DNA from: a virus
Lineage: Duplodnaviria; Caudoviricetes
IMG/VR virus record: IMGVR_UViG_3300031519_009791
Span: 1-45,612 of that record
Length of the DNA: 45,612 nucleotides
Strand: one strand, 5' to 3'
Position numbers and translations under genes: made by a program. Below, piece after piece: positions 27,218 to 36,926 of this stretch; the first letter of the stretch is position 1; every line of letters starts with the position of its first letter. Below the pieces are notes generated by a model. It did not search any database. It was given only the letters and a program-made list of their open reading frames with translations, and was not told where the DNA came from.

Positions 27218-28813
27218 ATGAAAAAACCTAAACTTTTTTGTTTTTATACTCCCTCTCACAAGGCTTTCTTTGATAATTTCTTAAAACCTAGTGCAGAAAA
27301 AGAGTACGAAATAAACGAGGTCTTTTTTGAAAAACAACTTTCTGATTCGGGGGAGTATAGGTTAGAAGGTTGGAGAGAAACTCAATACAATAAAGTTCTT
27401 GCTTGGAAAAATGCAGTCGCTTCAAATATGGGAGAAGTTATAATTTGTTGCGATGTTGATATTCAATTCCTTAAGAAATCATTCTCTTATTTTGAGAGAG
27501 AAGTGCAAGACTATGATATAATTTATCAAGAAAACGATCTTAAGGGTAAAATATGCTCAGGATTTTTTGCATGCAAATGCTCCCCTAAGACAGAGTTCTT
27601 CTTCAGTTTGGTAGCTGAGAAATTAAAAGCCATAATGCACGAAAAAGGTGGAGGTGAGCAGTATGTAATGCAGGGTGTTCTTGATGATGGTGAAGTGAAT
27701 TTATTATGGAAGAAGTTCCCCAGAGACTTAGTTTGGAATCCTGGAGAAAAATACTCAGATGTTTCAGAACTTAAAGTCCCAGACAGCATTATTGTTCATC
27801 ACGCAAATTGGGTAGAAGGAAATGATAACAAAAAAGCTCAATTAGAATATGTAAAAAGCATTTTTGGGTATGATGAATCTGAAGCCGAGCCCGCCCAAGA
27901 GGAGTTTGGAGAACTTCAAGACCTCACTAAAGACCCTTCGTCTATCGCAATATGTCTATCTTCATTACTTAGATTCTTCGATAAAAGCTCCGAGTCTTTG
28001 ATAGGTAATGTGATCACAGAACTTCCTGAGCCTCCAGACTTTTTCGGACACTTTCCTACGAAAAGTTTAAATATTGAAAATATACGATTATTAAAAAATA
28101 TTTTAAAATATTGTAATAATTTTGATATTAAGTTTGAGGAAGATGTTGCGGATAGAAAGTATTTTTCTTATGATAAAAATTTAAATAGACATCAAAGAAA
28201 CGGAATGATGGGAAACATATACCAATGGGTTTCCATGAAAAAATCTAGAGACCTAAAGATTAATGCTGAAAATAAATTTGATAAAAAATATGACCATGTT
28301 ATTTGGACTAGACCTGATCTTTATTATTTTAATGAAATTCCAGATATCAATTCTCTAAAAGATTTTGATATATATTTTCCATCTCATGACAACCACTTTT
28401 GTGGAATCTTTGATAGATTCTGCATTGGTAAGTCTGAGGTTATGGATAAAAGAATGGATATTTTAAATTACTTTGTTAACGAGTGGTATCCTAAATATCA
28501 TTATGATGAAAGATATTTATATTACAATCCCCATGCAAATTCTTATCAATGGAATCCAGAACTTGTATTAAGCGATTATATGAATGTTTTTTTGAAAATC
28601 GACTATTCAAAAATAGATTTATGCACAGGTAAATTTAGGGGTCACAATAGATGCACTTCTCCATTTTGGCATATGGTTCAAGGATCGATATCTCATGAAA
28701 ATAATCCAGGATGTACTGAGGACGAGATAAATCTAAAAGTTCTTGAGGATATCTATACTAATTATGATATCGATTTAAATAGTAAAAATTATTGGTTTGA
28801 GGTTTTTGTATGA
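27218..28813 (+). CDS. Two-domain glycosyltransferase (nucleotide-diphospho-sugar transferase/GT77-like plus second GT-A-like domain)
   Basis: CCDVDI DxD motif, CSGFF, EQ and HHANW in the first domain; YDHVIWTRPDL...DRF in the second. Confidence 0.8.
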   Translation: MKKPKLFCFYTPSHKAFFDNFLKPSAEKEYEINEVFFEKQLSDSGEYRLEGWRETQYNKVLAWKNAVASNMGEVIICCDVDIQFLKKSFSYFEREVQDYDIIYQENDLKGKICSGFFACKCSPKTEFFFSLVAEKLKAIMHEKGGGEQYVMQGVLDDGEVNLLWKKFPRDLVWNPGEKYSDVSELKVPDSIIVHHANWVEGNDNKKAQLEYVKSIFGYDESEAEPAQEEFGELQDLTKDPSSIAICLSSLLRFFDKSSESLIGNVITELPEPPDFFGHFPTKSLNIENIRLLKNILKYCNNFDIKFEEDVADRKYFSYDKNLNRHQRNGMMGNIYQWVSMKKSRDLKINAENKFDKKYDHVIWTRPDLYYFNEIPDINSLKDFDIYFPSHDNHFCGIFDRFCIGKSEVMDKRMDILNYFVNEWYPKYHYDERYLYYNPHANSYQWNPELVLSDYMNVFLKIDYSKIDLCTGKFRGHNRCTSPFWHMVQGSISHENNPGCTEDEINLKVLEDIYTNYDIDLNSKNYWFEVFV

Positions 28814-29880
28814 AGATAGATTTCGAAATAAACTCTTTATCTAAATATTGCGAAAATAGGAATATTCCAATAAAATATTTTTATAAAAATAGCTCAGTTA
28901 AAAAATTTACAAACATTCCAAAAACATTAGATTTGGAAGTTCATTGGTCGCATAAAAAATATATATCTAAAATAAGAGAATACTCTATGGATGATCAATA
29001 TGTGTGTGAATTAGAAGATTGCAAAATTCTAGGATATAATCGATTGGGATCAATTAAATTGCTAACAAAAAATAATGAGCTTATAAAATCAGAATCAACT
29101 AATTACGAGCAAGACGAATTAAGTTTCAGAAAAAAAAATCAAGCTAAAGGTTTAAGTGTTCTTTTATGCTCTGATTCTGCTACTGTTTTTTTTCATTGGA
29201 TGTTTCAGCTTTTACCAAGAATAGATCTTTTGAATAAATATAATCTAAATTGGGATAATGTAGATAATATAATTTTACCAAATAATATCGGTCAAGAATT
29301 TCACACAAAAACTCTTAACCACTTAAATGTGCCAATTGATAAAATTTTGAGATTGAAAAGGGATGAAGTTATTGAATGTGAGAAATTAATCGTACCTTCT
29401 ATTCCAGTCAAAAATATTTTTTTCTCAAATTGGATTTATGATTTTTTAAAGAAAAATTTTTTAAAAAAAGAAAAAAAACATTATGAAAAAATTTATATAT
29501 CTAGAGAAAGGGCCAAATCAAGGAAGGTAGATAATGAGGAGGAGGTTTTTAATTTTTTGAAAAATAAAGGATTCACAAAAGTGTCTATGGAAGATTGTGA
29601 CGTTTTTGATCAGGCTGATATGTTTTATAATGCAAAAGAGATTGTCTGCCCCCATGGATCATGTTTAGCTAACCTAGCTTACTGTAAACCCAAAACAAAA
29701 ATTTTAGAATTTTTTAGCGCTAATTATGTGACTTTGCTTTATTGGTCTATGTCAAATGATTTAGATCTAGATTATTCTTATTTAATTGCTGAAGGAGAAA
29801 GACCTCCTGATGGCGAAGATCCTCATTTAGGTAAAGAAAATATGACTATAGATATAAAACAATTAAAGAAATTAATATAA
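28810..29880 (+). CDS. Glycosyltransferase family 61 (DUF563-like)
   Basis: FFHWMFQLLPR, KIYISR...RKVDNEEE, PHGSCLANL and LEFF. Confidence 0.88.
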   Translation: MKIDFEINSLSKYCENRNIPIKYFYKNSSVKKFTNIPKTLDLEVHWSHKKYISKIREYSMDDQYVCELEDCKILGYNRLGSIKLLTKNNELIKSESTNYEQDELSFRKKNQAKGLSVLLCSDSATVFFHWMFQLLPRIDLLNKYNLNWDNVDNIILPNNIGQEFHTKTLNHLNVPIDKILRLKRDEVIECEKLIVPSIPVKNIFFSNWIYDFLKKNFLKKEKKHYEKIYISRERAKSRKVDNEEEVFNFLKNKGFTKVSMEDCDVFDQADMFYNAKEIVCPHGSCLANLAYCKPKTKILEFFSANYVTLLYWSMSNDLDLDYSYLIAEGERPPDGEDPHLGKENMTIDIKQLKKLI

Positions 29881-29882
29881 AA

Positions 29883-30659
29883 ATGAATAGCATTAACATA
29901 TTAATTCCATATAGAAACAGAGAGGAAGATCTTAAAAAACTTTTACCAACCCTTAGGGAGTCTCTTGATTTTTTAAATTTAACTCCCTTTTTTATTGTAT
30001 CCGAACAAACAAACGATCAACCTTTTAATAAAGGAGCTGTTTTTAATGCTGGCTTTAAAGAAGGTTTAAAGTTTAAAAAAAGCAACTACTGGATATTGCA
30101 CGATGTTGATATTTTTGAAAAAACTCCTGGACTTTTAAATTATTGCCAAGCAGATGGAGTGTCATCTGTTTTTACTCATGATATTAACACATGCCCAGGT
30201 GGGGGTATTACATGTATTAATGAAGAATCTTTTAAAAAAATAAATGGCTTCACAAATGAATTCTGGCATTGGGGACTAGAAGACAACGACTTTAAGCAAA
30301 GAGTCGCTGCTGTTAAAATTCCGATCTTACACTCCGAAAAAGTTTTTTACAAAAGCCCAGGTTCTCAAAAAAGAAATCCAAATCAAAAAATATGGAGAGA
30401 GGTTGTCCTGCACTCCGCCACTCCTAAAACTGATAAAAGAGAGAAAAAAATTGATAAAAATCAAAATAATTTGTTTCGAAAATTTATTCAGGGGTATAAA
30501 AAAGATCCAAATTCAGTTATGAATGATGGATTAAATAATGTTAAGTATAAATTAATTAATAAAGAAATGATAGAAAGTGATATTGTAAAGTTTACAATTT
30601 ATATATCACCATCTGATCATAATATGCTCGAACAAATAGATAAAGAAAAAGATGAATAA
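29883..30659 (+). CDS. GT7-like (beta-1,4-galactosyltransferase family) glycosyltransferase
   Basis: IPYRNR, FNKG..FNAG, HDVD and NGFTNEFWHWGLEDNDF..R. Confidence 0.88.
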   Translation: MNSINILIPYRNREEDLKKLLPTLRESLDFLNLTPFFIVSEQTNDQPFNKGAVFNAGFKEGLKFKKSNYWILHDVDIFEKTPGLLNYCQADGVSSVFTHDINTCPGGGITCINEESFKKINGFTNEFWHWGLEDNDFKQRVAAVKIPILHSEKVFYKSPGSQKRNPNQKIWREVVLHSATPKTDKREKKIDKNQNNLFRKFIQGYKKDPNSVMNDGLNNVKYKLINKEMIESDIVKFTIYISPSDHNMLEQIDKEKDE

Positions 30660-31284
30660 CTTGTTTGACAAAATATACTGCATAAATCTAGATAAAAGAA
30701 AAGATAACTGGGAGGAGTGCAAAAAAGAATTTGAAAAATTTTCAATCGATTCCGTTTGCAGAATTTCTGCAGTAGATGGTGAAAAACTTTTTGAAACAGG
30801 GAAATACCCCTCTAAAGTTAAAGCATGCGAACGTGGTCTTGTTTTATCTAATATTAAAATCTTTGAAGAGGCTAAAAATAAAAATTTAGAAAATATATTA
30901 ATTATGGAAGACGATGTGTCTTTCAGTGATGATATTAATCAAATTTCTGAATTAATGACACTTGTTCCAGAAGATTGGGATTTAATTTATTTTGGAGCTA
31001 ATCATTGCACCCAAGAAGGTAAAGAGCCCCCTCATAAGATTAATGACAGAGTCGTGAAATGTCACTACTCCAAAGCAACTCATTGTATCGGTTTTAATTC
31101 TCGCACTTTTGATTTTATATTAGAAAATTTAAAAAAACATAATTTGCCACTTGATGTAATTTATATTAGATATCTACAATCAACATTTAATGTTTATTCT
31201 TTTTTTCCTGCCCTAGTTAGCCAGAGCCCAGGTTATAGTGATATCCAATCAAGGAATTGTAACTATAAAAAATTTATTAAATAA
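30652..31284 (+). CDS. Glycosyltransferase family 25
   Basis: YCINLDKRKD, RISAVDG, ILIMEDDV and WDLIYFG. Confidence 0.88.
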   Translation: MNNLFDKIYCINLDKRKDNWEECKKEFEKFSIDSVCRISAVDGEKLFETGKYPSKVKACERGLVLSNIKIFEEAKNKNLENILIMEDDVSFSDDINQISELMTLVPEDWDLIYFGANHCTQEGKEPPHKINDRVVKCHYSKATHCIGFNSRTFDFILENLKKHNLPLDVIYIRYLQSTFNVYSFFPALVSQSPGYSDIQSRNCNYKKFIK

Positions 31285-31285
31285 A

Positions 31286-32065
31286 ATGATTATAGTGAAA
31301 CTAAAAGGGGGCCTCGGTAATCAATTATTTCAATGGGCTTACGGGTATCAATTAAGCTTTGATAATGAAGTTTATTTTGATGATTCATTTTATGCAAACA
31401 AGAGTAACGGGAAAGGTGTTTTGGATGGACGGCGATTCGACCTAAACAAAATTTTATCGCAAAATGCACCTCTTTGTAATGAAGATATTAAAAAAAAGTT
31501 TTCAGAAAAACCTATTCGCAAGATTGGGGATAATTTTCATTTCAATAATTTCAAATTTGATGAAAAATATAATTATCTTCTAGATGGGCATTGGCAAAGC
31601 GAAAAGTATTTTAGAAAAACAAAAGAAGAAATTTATAATATAATAAAAAAAAAATCATTTGTAGGTTTTAATTTTTTAAATTCTTGCTCAATTCATGTAA
31701 GACGTGGAGATTATTTGAATATACCAGATATCCATCCAACTCAACCAATCGATTTTTACAAAAAGGCTCTTGACATAATTCAACCAAAAGGAAAAACTTT
31801 TATTTTTTCTAATGATATTAATTGGTGCAAAAAAAACTTTAAATTTAAAAACATGATTTTTGTTGAGGGGCATAGCAATATCGAAGATCTTTTATGCATG
31901 TCTTTATGCGAAAATAATATTATTGCAAATAGTACATTTAGTTGGTGGGGAGCTTATTTAAATCAAAACAAAAATAAAGTTGTAATTTATCCCAGTGCTT
32001 GGTTTGGTTCAGCCGTACATCATTCTACTAAAGATTTATTCCCATGTAGTTGGGTTAAGATTTGA
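31286..32065 (+). CDS. Alpha-1,2-fucosyltransferase-like (GT11)
   Basis: GGLGNQLFQ, GHWQSEKYF, IHVRRGDY and IIANSTFSWWGAYL. Start moved to ATG 31286 (MIIVKLKGG). Confidence 0.92.
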   Translation: MIIVKLKGGLGNQLFQWAYGYQLSFDNEVYFDDSFYANKSNGKGVLDGRRFDLNKILSQNAPLCNEDIKKKFSEKPIRKIGDNFHFNNFKFDEKYNYLLDGHWQSEKYFRKTKEEIYNIIKKKSFVGFNFLNSCSIHVRRGDYLNIPDIHPTQPIDFYKKALDIIQPKGKTFIFSNDINWCKKNFKFKNMIFVEGHSNIEDLLCMSLCENNIIANSTFSWWGAYLNQNKNKVVIYPSAWFGSAVHHSTKDLFPCSWVKI

Positions 32066-32089
32066 CAATGAAAAAAGTTTTTCTAAAAT
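32062..32089 (+). promoter_or_regulatory. Sigma70-type promoter with leaderless start
   Basis: TTGACA-16 nt-TAAAAT, with ATG 32097 exactly 29 nt after the -35 hexamer. Confidence 0.6.
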
Positions 32090-32096
32090 ATAAAAA

Positions 32097-32708
32097 ATGA
32101 TAAATCACAAATATAAATTTGCATATTTTGGAGCAGGAAAATGTGCAAGTAGTTCTATAATTGATGTTTTAAATAAAGTCCCAGGGGGTGAGGGAGGCCA
32201 ACATTGTACTATTATAGACTTATATCAAAAACGCAAACCATCTAAAATACCTAGTGATTATTTCACTTTTTCATTTTGTCGAAATCCATTTGATCGTCTT
32301 GTTTCTGCTTGGAATGAATTTAAGAAAAAAGATCAATTTTTATGGGCAAAAAATAGTAGATACTGGGAGAAGGAAATATTTAAATCATCTAAACTCTCAC
32401 TAGAAAATGTATCTGATAATTTTCCTGCATTTGCAAGGTATATAACAATTCAAGATCATATACACTGGTGCCAGTTTGATATACTTTCTAATATTGTTAG
32501 AATTGATTTTATTGGAAAAACTGAAAGTCTTCAGGAGGATTTTAATACTGTTTGTAATAAAATCGGCATATCGCAACAAACACTTTCACAAAAAAACAAA
32601 ACACAACACAAACACTACACCGAATACTATGATGACGAAACTCGTGAAATCGTTGCGGAAAAATACGCAAAAGACATCGAGCATTTCGGTTACAAATTTG
32701 GAAAATAG
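32097..32708 (+). CDS. Sulfotransferase family 2 protein
   Basis: KCASSSI 5'-PSB motif, RNPFDRLVSAW 3'-PB motif and DFIGKTESLQEDF. Confidence 0.88.
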   Translation: MINHKYKFAYFGAGKCASSSIIDVLNKVPGGEGGQHCTIIDLYQKRKPSKIPSDYFTFSFCRNPFDRLVSAWNEFKKKDQFLWAKNSRYWEKEIFKSSKLSLENVSDNFPAFARYITIQDHIHWCQFDILSNIVRIDFIGKTESLQEDFNTVCNKIGISQQTLSQKNKTQHKHYTEYYDDETREIVAEKYAKDIEHFGYKFGK

Positions 32709-32755
32709 AATAACCAGTTAATGAACTTCTATAGTCAAAACAATCAAGATAAATT

Positions 32756-33445
32756 ATGAAACTTAAATTTTTTTCAATTTTAAATTCTCTCGACAAAGAC
32801 TACCTTCCCCTGTATGAAAATTTTCTTTTTCATTTGAAAAATGTGGGCCTAGAAAAAGAGCACGAGTTAATAAAGTTAGATGTCGGCTCAGGGCAATGGC
32901 AAAGTAAAAACTTCAATAAAATTTGCATGGCAAAAGTAGATAATGCCAGAAAATTTTTAAAGGAGGGTTATACGGTTTTATATTCAGATCTAGATGTCGT
33001 TTTTTTAAAAGACCCACTTCCTTATTTACTTCCCATGCTCAAAGAAAAAGATATACTTTTTCAGTATTCTGCCAAAGGCAATCCTGCTTCCTATAATCCA
33101 TCCCCACCTACCAGGAAGGTTTGTATGGGATTCTTTGTAGCTAAGCCAACCCCCCTCAATATAGATTTATTTGATACTAGTGAAAATGTAGACCTCGACA
33201 CTCTCCCCCTCAATCATCCTTGCAGAAAGGATCAATCAGACCAGGGCTACACACAGGCAAAAATACGACAAATCAAAAAATATAAACAATTAAACCAAGG
33301 CATCCTTCCCCCTCCCCTCTTCCCTAATGGCATTAATTGGTTCAACAACCACAGGGATTTTGACCCTTATATAATCCACTATAATTATATAGTAAAACAA
33401 TCTGAAAAAATAGAGAGAATGAAGAAATTTGGTCACTGGAAATAA
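32756..33445 (+). CDS. Nucleotide-diphospho-sugar transferase (GT77-like)
   Basis: LYSDLDVVFLKDP, CMGFF, DQ, FPNG and IIHYNY. Confidence 0.85.
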   Translation: MKLKFFSILNSLDKDYLPLYENFLFHLKNVGLEKEHELIKLDVGSGQWQSKNFNKICMAKVDNARKFLKEGYTVLYSDLDVVFLKDPLPYLLPMLKEKDILFQYSAKGNPASYNPSPPTRKVCMGFFVAKPTPLNIDLFDTSENVDLDTLPLNHPCRKDQSDQGYTQAKIRQIKKYKQLNQGILPPPLFPNGINWFNNHRDFDPYIIHYNYIVKQSEKIERMKKFGHWK

Positions 33446-33451
33446 CATATC

Positions 33452-33979
33452 ATGAAAATTGGGAAAAATTTTAAAAATTTTGGGCAAAAAATAGAACCAA
33501 TGAATGGGCATCTTCTGGAAATTGGAGATGATTGCTTGGTGGGTGCTGAATCAAAAATTATTTTACATTGTCCAGTACGATGCTATAAGGAAGATCCTAG
33601 ACTAATAATAAATGATTTGACATGGATAGGGCTTAGGTGTCTAATTCTCCCCGCTACTAACATAGGAAGATGTTCCATAATTGGAGCGAATTCTGTGGTT
33701 TGTGGAGAGATTCCGCCTTATAGTATTTATGCAGGAAATAAAGTGATAAGGAAACGAGATATCGGAGAAATATTGAATTATTATATAATCAGAAAATTGG
33801 TAAAAACAGGTTTTCTTGGGGTAAAACCAACTGATTGGACAAAATTAAAAAGCGAACACATAAGGCATGCCCTAGGGTACAATACTGAATTTTGTTATGA
33901 TGAAGGTATTGACTTTAGTTTATCTGTTGAGGATTTTGTTGAAAAATATGCAAAGGGATGGGTAAAAAAAACTACATAA
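33452..33979 (+). CDS. Hexapeptide-repeat O-acyltransferase
   Basis: IGDDCLVG, WIGLRCLILP, IGRCSIIGANSVV and IPPYSIYAGN. Confidence 0.85.
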   Translation: MKIGKNFKNFGQKIEPMNGHLLEIGDDCLVGAESKIILHCPVRCYKEDPRLIINDLTWIGLRCLILPATNIGRCSIIGANSVVCGEIPPYSIYAGNKVIRKRDIGEILNYYIIRKLVKTGFLGVKPTDWTKLKSEHIRHALGYNTEFCYDEGIDFSLSVEDFVEKYAKGWVKKTT

Positions 33980-33988
33980 TAATTAATA

Positions 33989-34759
33989 ATGAAAAAGATT
34001 TTATTTCATTACAGCCCCTCATGTAAAGGTCTCCATAAGCTTCTTCCCATTATGACTCCAGGCAGTAAGCCTAAGTGGAAGAATATTTGCGAAGTAAATT
34101 CAAATCCAGACTACTTTGTCTCTATACAGGCCCCTAATTTTTCTAAACCAAATACAATTCACTTCAGAAGAGAGCCTGATATAATAAAAAAATGGCCTCA
34201 ATCAGTTAATGGCGATAATGTTTATGATTATTCAACTAAAGAAAAATTTCATGCTTGTACTTGGCAATTAACAAAATCATATGATGAACTAACAAGCTTA
34301 AAACATTTTTCAAAAGATTTAACGAGTGCAGTGTGCAGTCATAAATATGCTTGGCGGTATAAATATATACAAGAGGCTATAAAGCATAATCCCAAAATTA
34401 TTGGTGAAGGACGGCCCCTGAGCGGCAAACGTATAAGCATAGAAGAAAGAACTTCTTTATTTTTAAATTCTTCAATGAGTATATGTATTGAAAATTCATC
34501 TCAGTCCAACTATTTTACCGAAAAAATAATCGATGCATTACTTGCTTGGTGCATGCCACTTTACTGGGGCTGCCCAAATATTGGCGACTTCTTTCCTGAA
34601 GGCTCTTATAGGCTGATAGATATTGAGAATCCCGATTCTGTATCTGACTTAATAAACAAACCGATTACCCCATCAGAAATTGATGCAATGCATGAGGCTA
34701 GAAATTTAATTCTCAATAAATATAATATATGGGAATGTATATACAAAACATTAAATTAA
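33989..34759 (+). CDS. GT10 (alpha-1,3-fucosyltransferase-like) glycosyltransferase
   Basis: SICIENSSQSNYFTEKIIDAL...PLYWGCPNI. Confidence 0.85.
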   Translation: MKKILFHYSPSCKGLHKLLPIMTPGSKPKWKNICEVNSNPDYFVSIQAPNFSKPNTIHFRREPDIIKKWPQSVNGDNVYDYSTKEKFHACTWQLTKSYDELTSLKHFSKDLTSAVCSHKYAWRYKYIQEAIKHNPKIIGEGRPLSGKRISIEERTSLFLNSSMSICIENSSQSNYFTEKIIDALLAWCMPLYWGCPNIGDFFPEGSYRLIDIENPDSVSDLINKPITPSEIDAMHEARNLILNKYNIWECIYKTLN

Positions 34760-34760
34760 T

Positions 34761-35390
34761 ATGAAATTTTATAGTCAATGCGGGCAGGATAAATTTTGTT
34801 ACGAAAATTTTTTTAAAAATAAAAAGGAAGGCGTTTTTGTAGAAATTGGATGTTTAAATGGAATAAAATTTAGTAATACATTTGTATTTGAACAAATGGG
34901 GTGGACGGGAATTTGTGTTGAGGCAAGCCCTTCAAATTTTGAGTTATTAAAAAATAATAGAAATTGTATTTGCGAGAAGTATGCAGTATCTCCAATTTCA
35001 GGACAAAAAATGTCTTTCATGGATATACATGGGTACGGAGAAGGGCTTAGTGGTATAATTGAAAAATATGACCCCCGCCATAAACAAAGAATAAAAAGAG
35101 AATTAAAAAACAATGCAAACAAAGGGTGTAATATAGTCGAAGTTGAAACTATTAATTTTAATGATTTATTAAATGCTCATAATATACATAATATTGATTT
35201 ATGCTCAATTGACACCGAGGGTGGTGAGCTTGAAATTGTAGAGTCAATCGATTTCGTTAAAAATAAAATTGAAGTATTGCTTGTTGAAAACAATTATAAA
35301 GATGAAACATTTAAATCATATTTAAGAAAATTTGGATTTTCTTATGTAGAGACTATTGGAGTTGATGAGGTTTATAAATTAAATAAATGA
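34761..35390 (+). CDS. FkbM-family methyltransferase
   Basis: YSQCGQD, FVEIGC.NG..SNT, WTGICVEASP and IDLCSIDTEGGE. Confidence 0.9.
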   Translation: MKFYSQCGQDKFCYENFFKNKKEGVFVEIGCLNGIKFSNTFVFEQMGWTGICVEASPSNFELLKNNRNCICEKYAVSPISGQKMSFMDIHGYGEGLSGIIEKYDPRHKQRIKRELKNNANKGCNIVEVETINFNDLLNAHNIHNIDLCSIDTEGGELEIVESIDFVKNKIEVLLVENNYKDETFKSYLRKFGFSYVETIGVDEVYKLNK

Positions 35391-36007
35391 AATATATTGG
35401 ATTTTATAACAAAGAATATAATTTAGAATTTTACAACACCCCTAAAGCTGGAATGACAACAATGCTTAAGGTTATACCGTTTGAGCGGCAGCCTATTTCA
35501 GAGATTCCTGTAGATCGTAAAGTTTGTTGTATTCTTCGAGAACCTGTTTCTAGATTTATATCAGCTTTTGGAGATTTAGCTACACGTAAATCGACTAACT
35601 GCAGAATGAGGCCCTGGGATCAAGAGGGCATAATGGGAGAATCGTTTCACGAGCTTACTAAAAGCGATAAAAACAAAGCTCTTTTAAAGTATATTAAAGA
35701 AATAGAGTTAAATGGTTTTTTTGATCATCATCATTTACCTCAATACTATTTTTTAAATGGACTGCACCCGAATGCTCGTAATAACCATAGGCGCATCTCT
35801 TCTATAACTAACTTTTTATTCTTAAATAATCTCGAAGAAGATATATCTGAAATGTTAGGAAAAAAAATTAAAATCCCCCACTCGAACAAAAGGAAACATT
35901 CAAGTTTATTAGCAGATGAAGTAGCGGAAAGTATAAAAAAAATAATGCCTAGCATAAAAACTTTATATAAAGAAGATTTTGAGATTTATAAATTAAATAA
36001 AAAATGA
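35387..36007 (+). CDS. Sulfotransferase family 2 protein
   Basis: PKAGMTT, REPVSRFISAF, HHLPQ and LYKEDF. Confidence 0.82.
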   Translation: MKYIGFYNKEYNLEFYNTPKAGMTTMLKVIPFERQPISEIPVDRKVCCILREPVSRFISAFGDLATRKSTNCRMRPWDQEGIMGESFHELTKSDKNKALLKYIKEIELNGFFDHHHLPQYYFLNGLHPNARNNHRRISSITNFLFLNNLEEDISEMLGKKIKIPHSNKRKHSSLLADEVAESIKKIMPSIKTLYKEDFEIYKLNKK

Positions 36008-36140
36008 AAATATTAGTTTTAACTCCGCCGAATACACTTGATTTACAAGCATTTATCGCATAGCCTATTCTGGATAAACAATCCACAAACCCCCCTTGAG
36101 GCACTATTAATAAATATTTACTTCTTGACTTAGTAGTCAT
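36004..36140. pseudogene. Two colliding gene fragments
   Basis: Plus ATG 36004 overlaps the previous stop and gives only MKILVLTPPNTLDLQAFIA*. Minus ATG 36140 overlaps the sulfotransferase stop and gives KYLLIVPQGGFVDCLSRIGYAINAC before running antisense into the neighbour. Confidence 0.4.
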
Positions 36141-36726
36141 AGTTAAACATTTCTATATCTTTCTTATATATTTCCGCCACTCTGTCTATAGTTTCTTGAT
36201 CGTAGTATTCTTGATAAGGCTTTCTTTCTGTTCTATTTCTATGTGGTAGCTCTTTAGGCTCAATACCTATAATGTCGCAAATAGCCTCTAAATCCTCTTG
36301 CAGGTGCTCAAAACGGGCGATATGGTCGATTATAGGCTCTCCATCGTCGTCGCACACATGAACACATTGTGGCATGCTGTGCCACACCGTATCTCTAGCA
36401 TTATCTTCAAATGGGTATGCAAATACAAAATCTTTAAGCTCAGAGTACTTTTTGCCCCTGTTGCGCCAGGAAGAAACCATTCTGTCCCATGGATTCCTTA
36501 CGAATGCAAATTTAAAGTAGCCAGACCACTCTCTCTCACTATAAGCTCTCTTTAATCTTCTCGCCGCTCCAATTTTATATCTTCCTGTTTCATTATCACT
36601 AGATCCATCTTTTTCCTGATGAAGGCTCTTCATCGTAAATCCATTTGATTTTAAAAATGCATTTATTGAAGTTCCAGCACATTTAGGTACATGAATAAAT
36701 ATTGAATCAAATTCTTCGCTAACCAT
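36130..36726 (-). CDS. Sulfotransferase family 2 protein
   Basis: FIHVPKCAGTSI, FVRNPWDRMVSSW and RFEHLQEDL. Start placed at MVSEEF (36726). Confidence 0.9.
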   Translation of the reverse strand: MVSEEFDSIFIHVPKCAGTSINAFLKSNGFTMKSLHQEKDGSSDNETGRYKIGAARRLKRAYSEREWSGYFKFAFVRNPWDRMVSSWRNRGKKYSELKDFVFAYPFEDNARDTVWHSMPQCVHVCDDDGEPIIDHIARFEHLQEDLEAICDIIGIEPKELPHRNRTERKPYQEYYDQETIDRVAEIYKKDIEMFNYDY

Positions 36727-36926
36727 TATTATTATAGTAGTTTTTGAAAATTTTTTTTCTAGTCGCACATTTATTGTGTAAGTCCTTAATTTCCAACGGT
36801 TTGGGCCGGGTTTCGTATGGCTTTTTCGATTGCCCCTGCAATGTTTTTTTGTTTTTTAAATCAAATTCTCAAAATCCAAACTTAAAATAACTTGATTTTT
36901 TCAAGAAATATATTTATTATATATAA

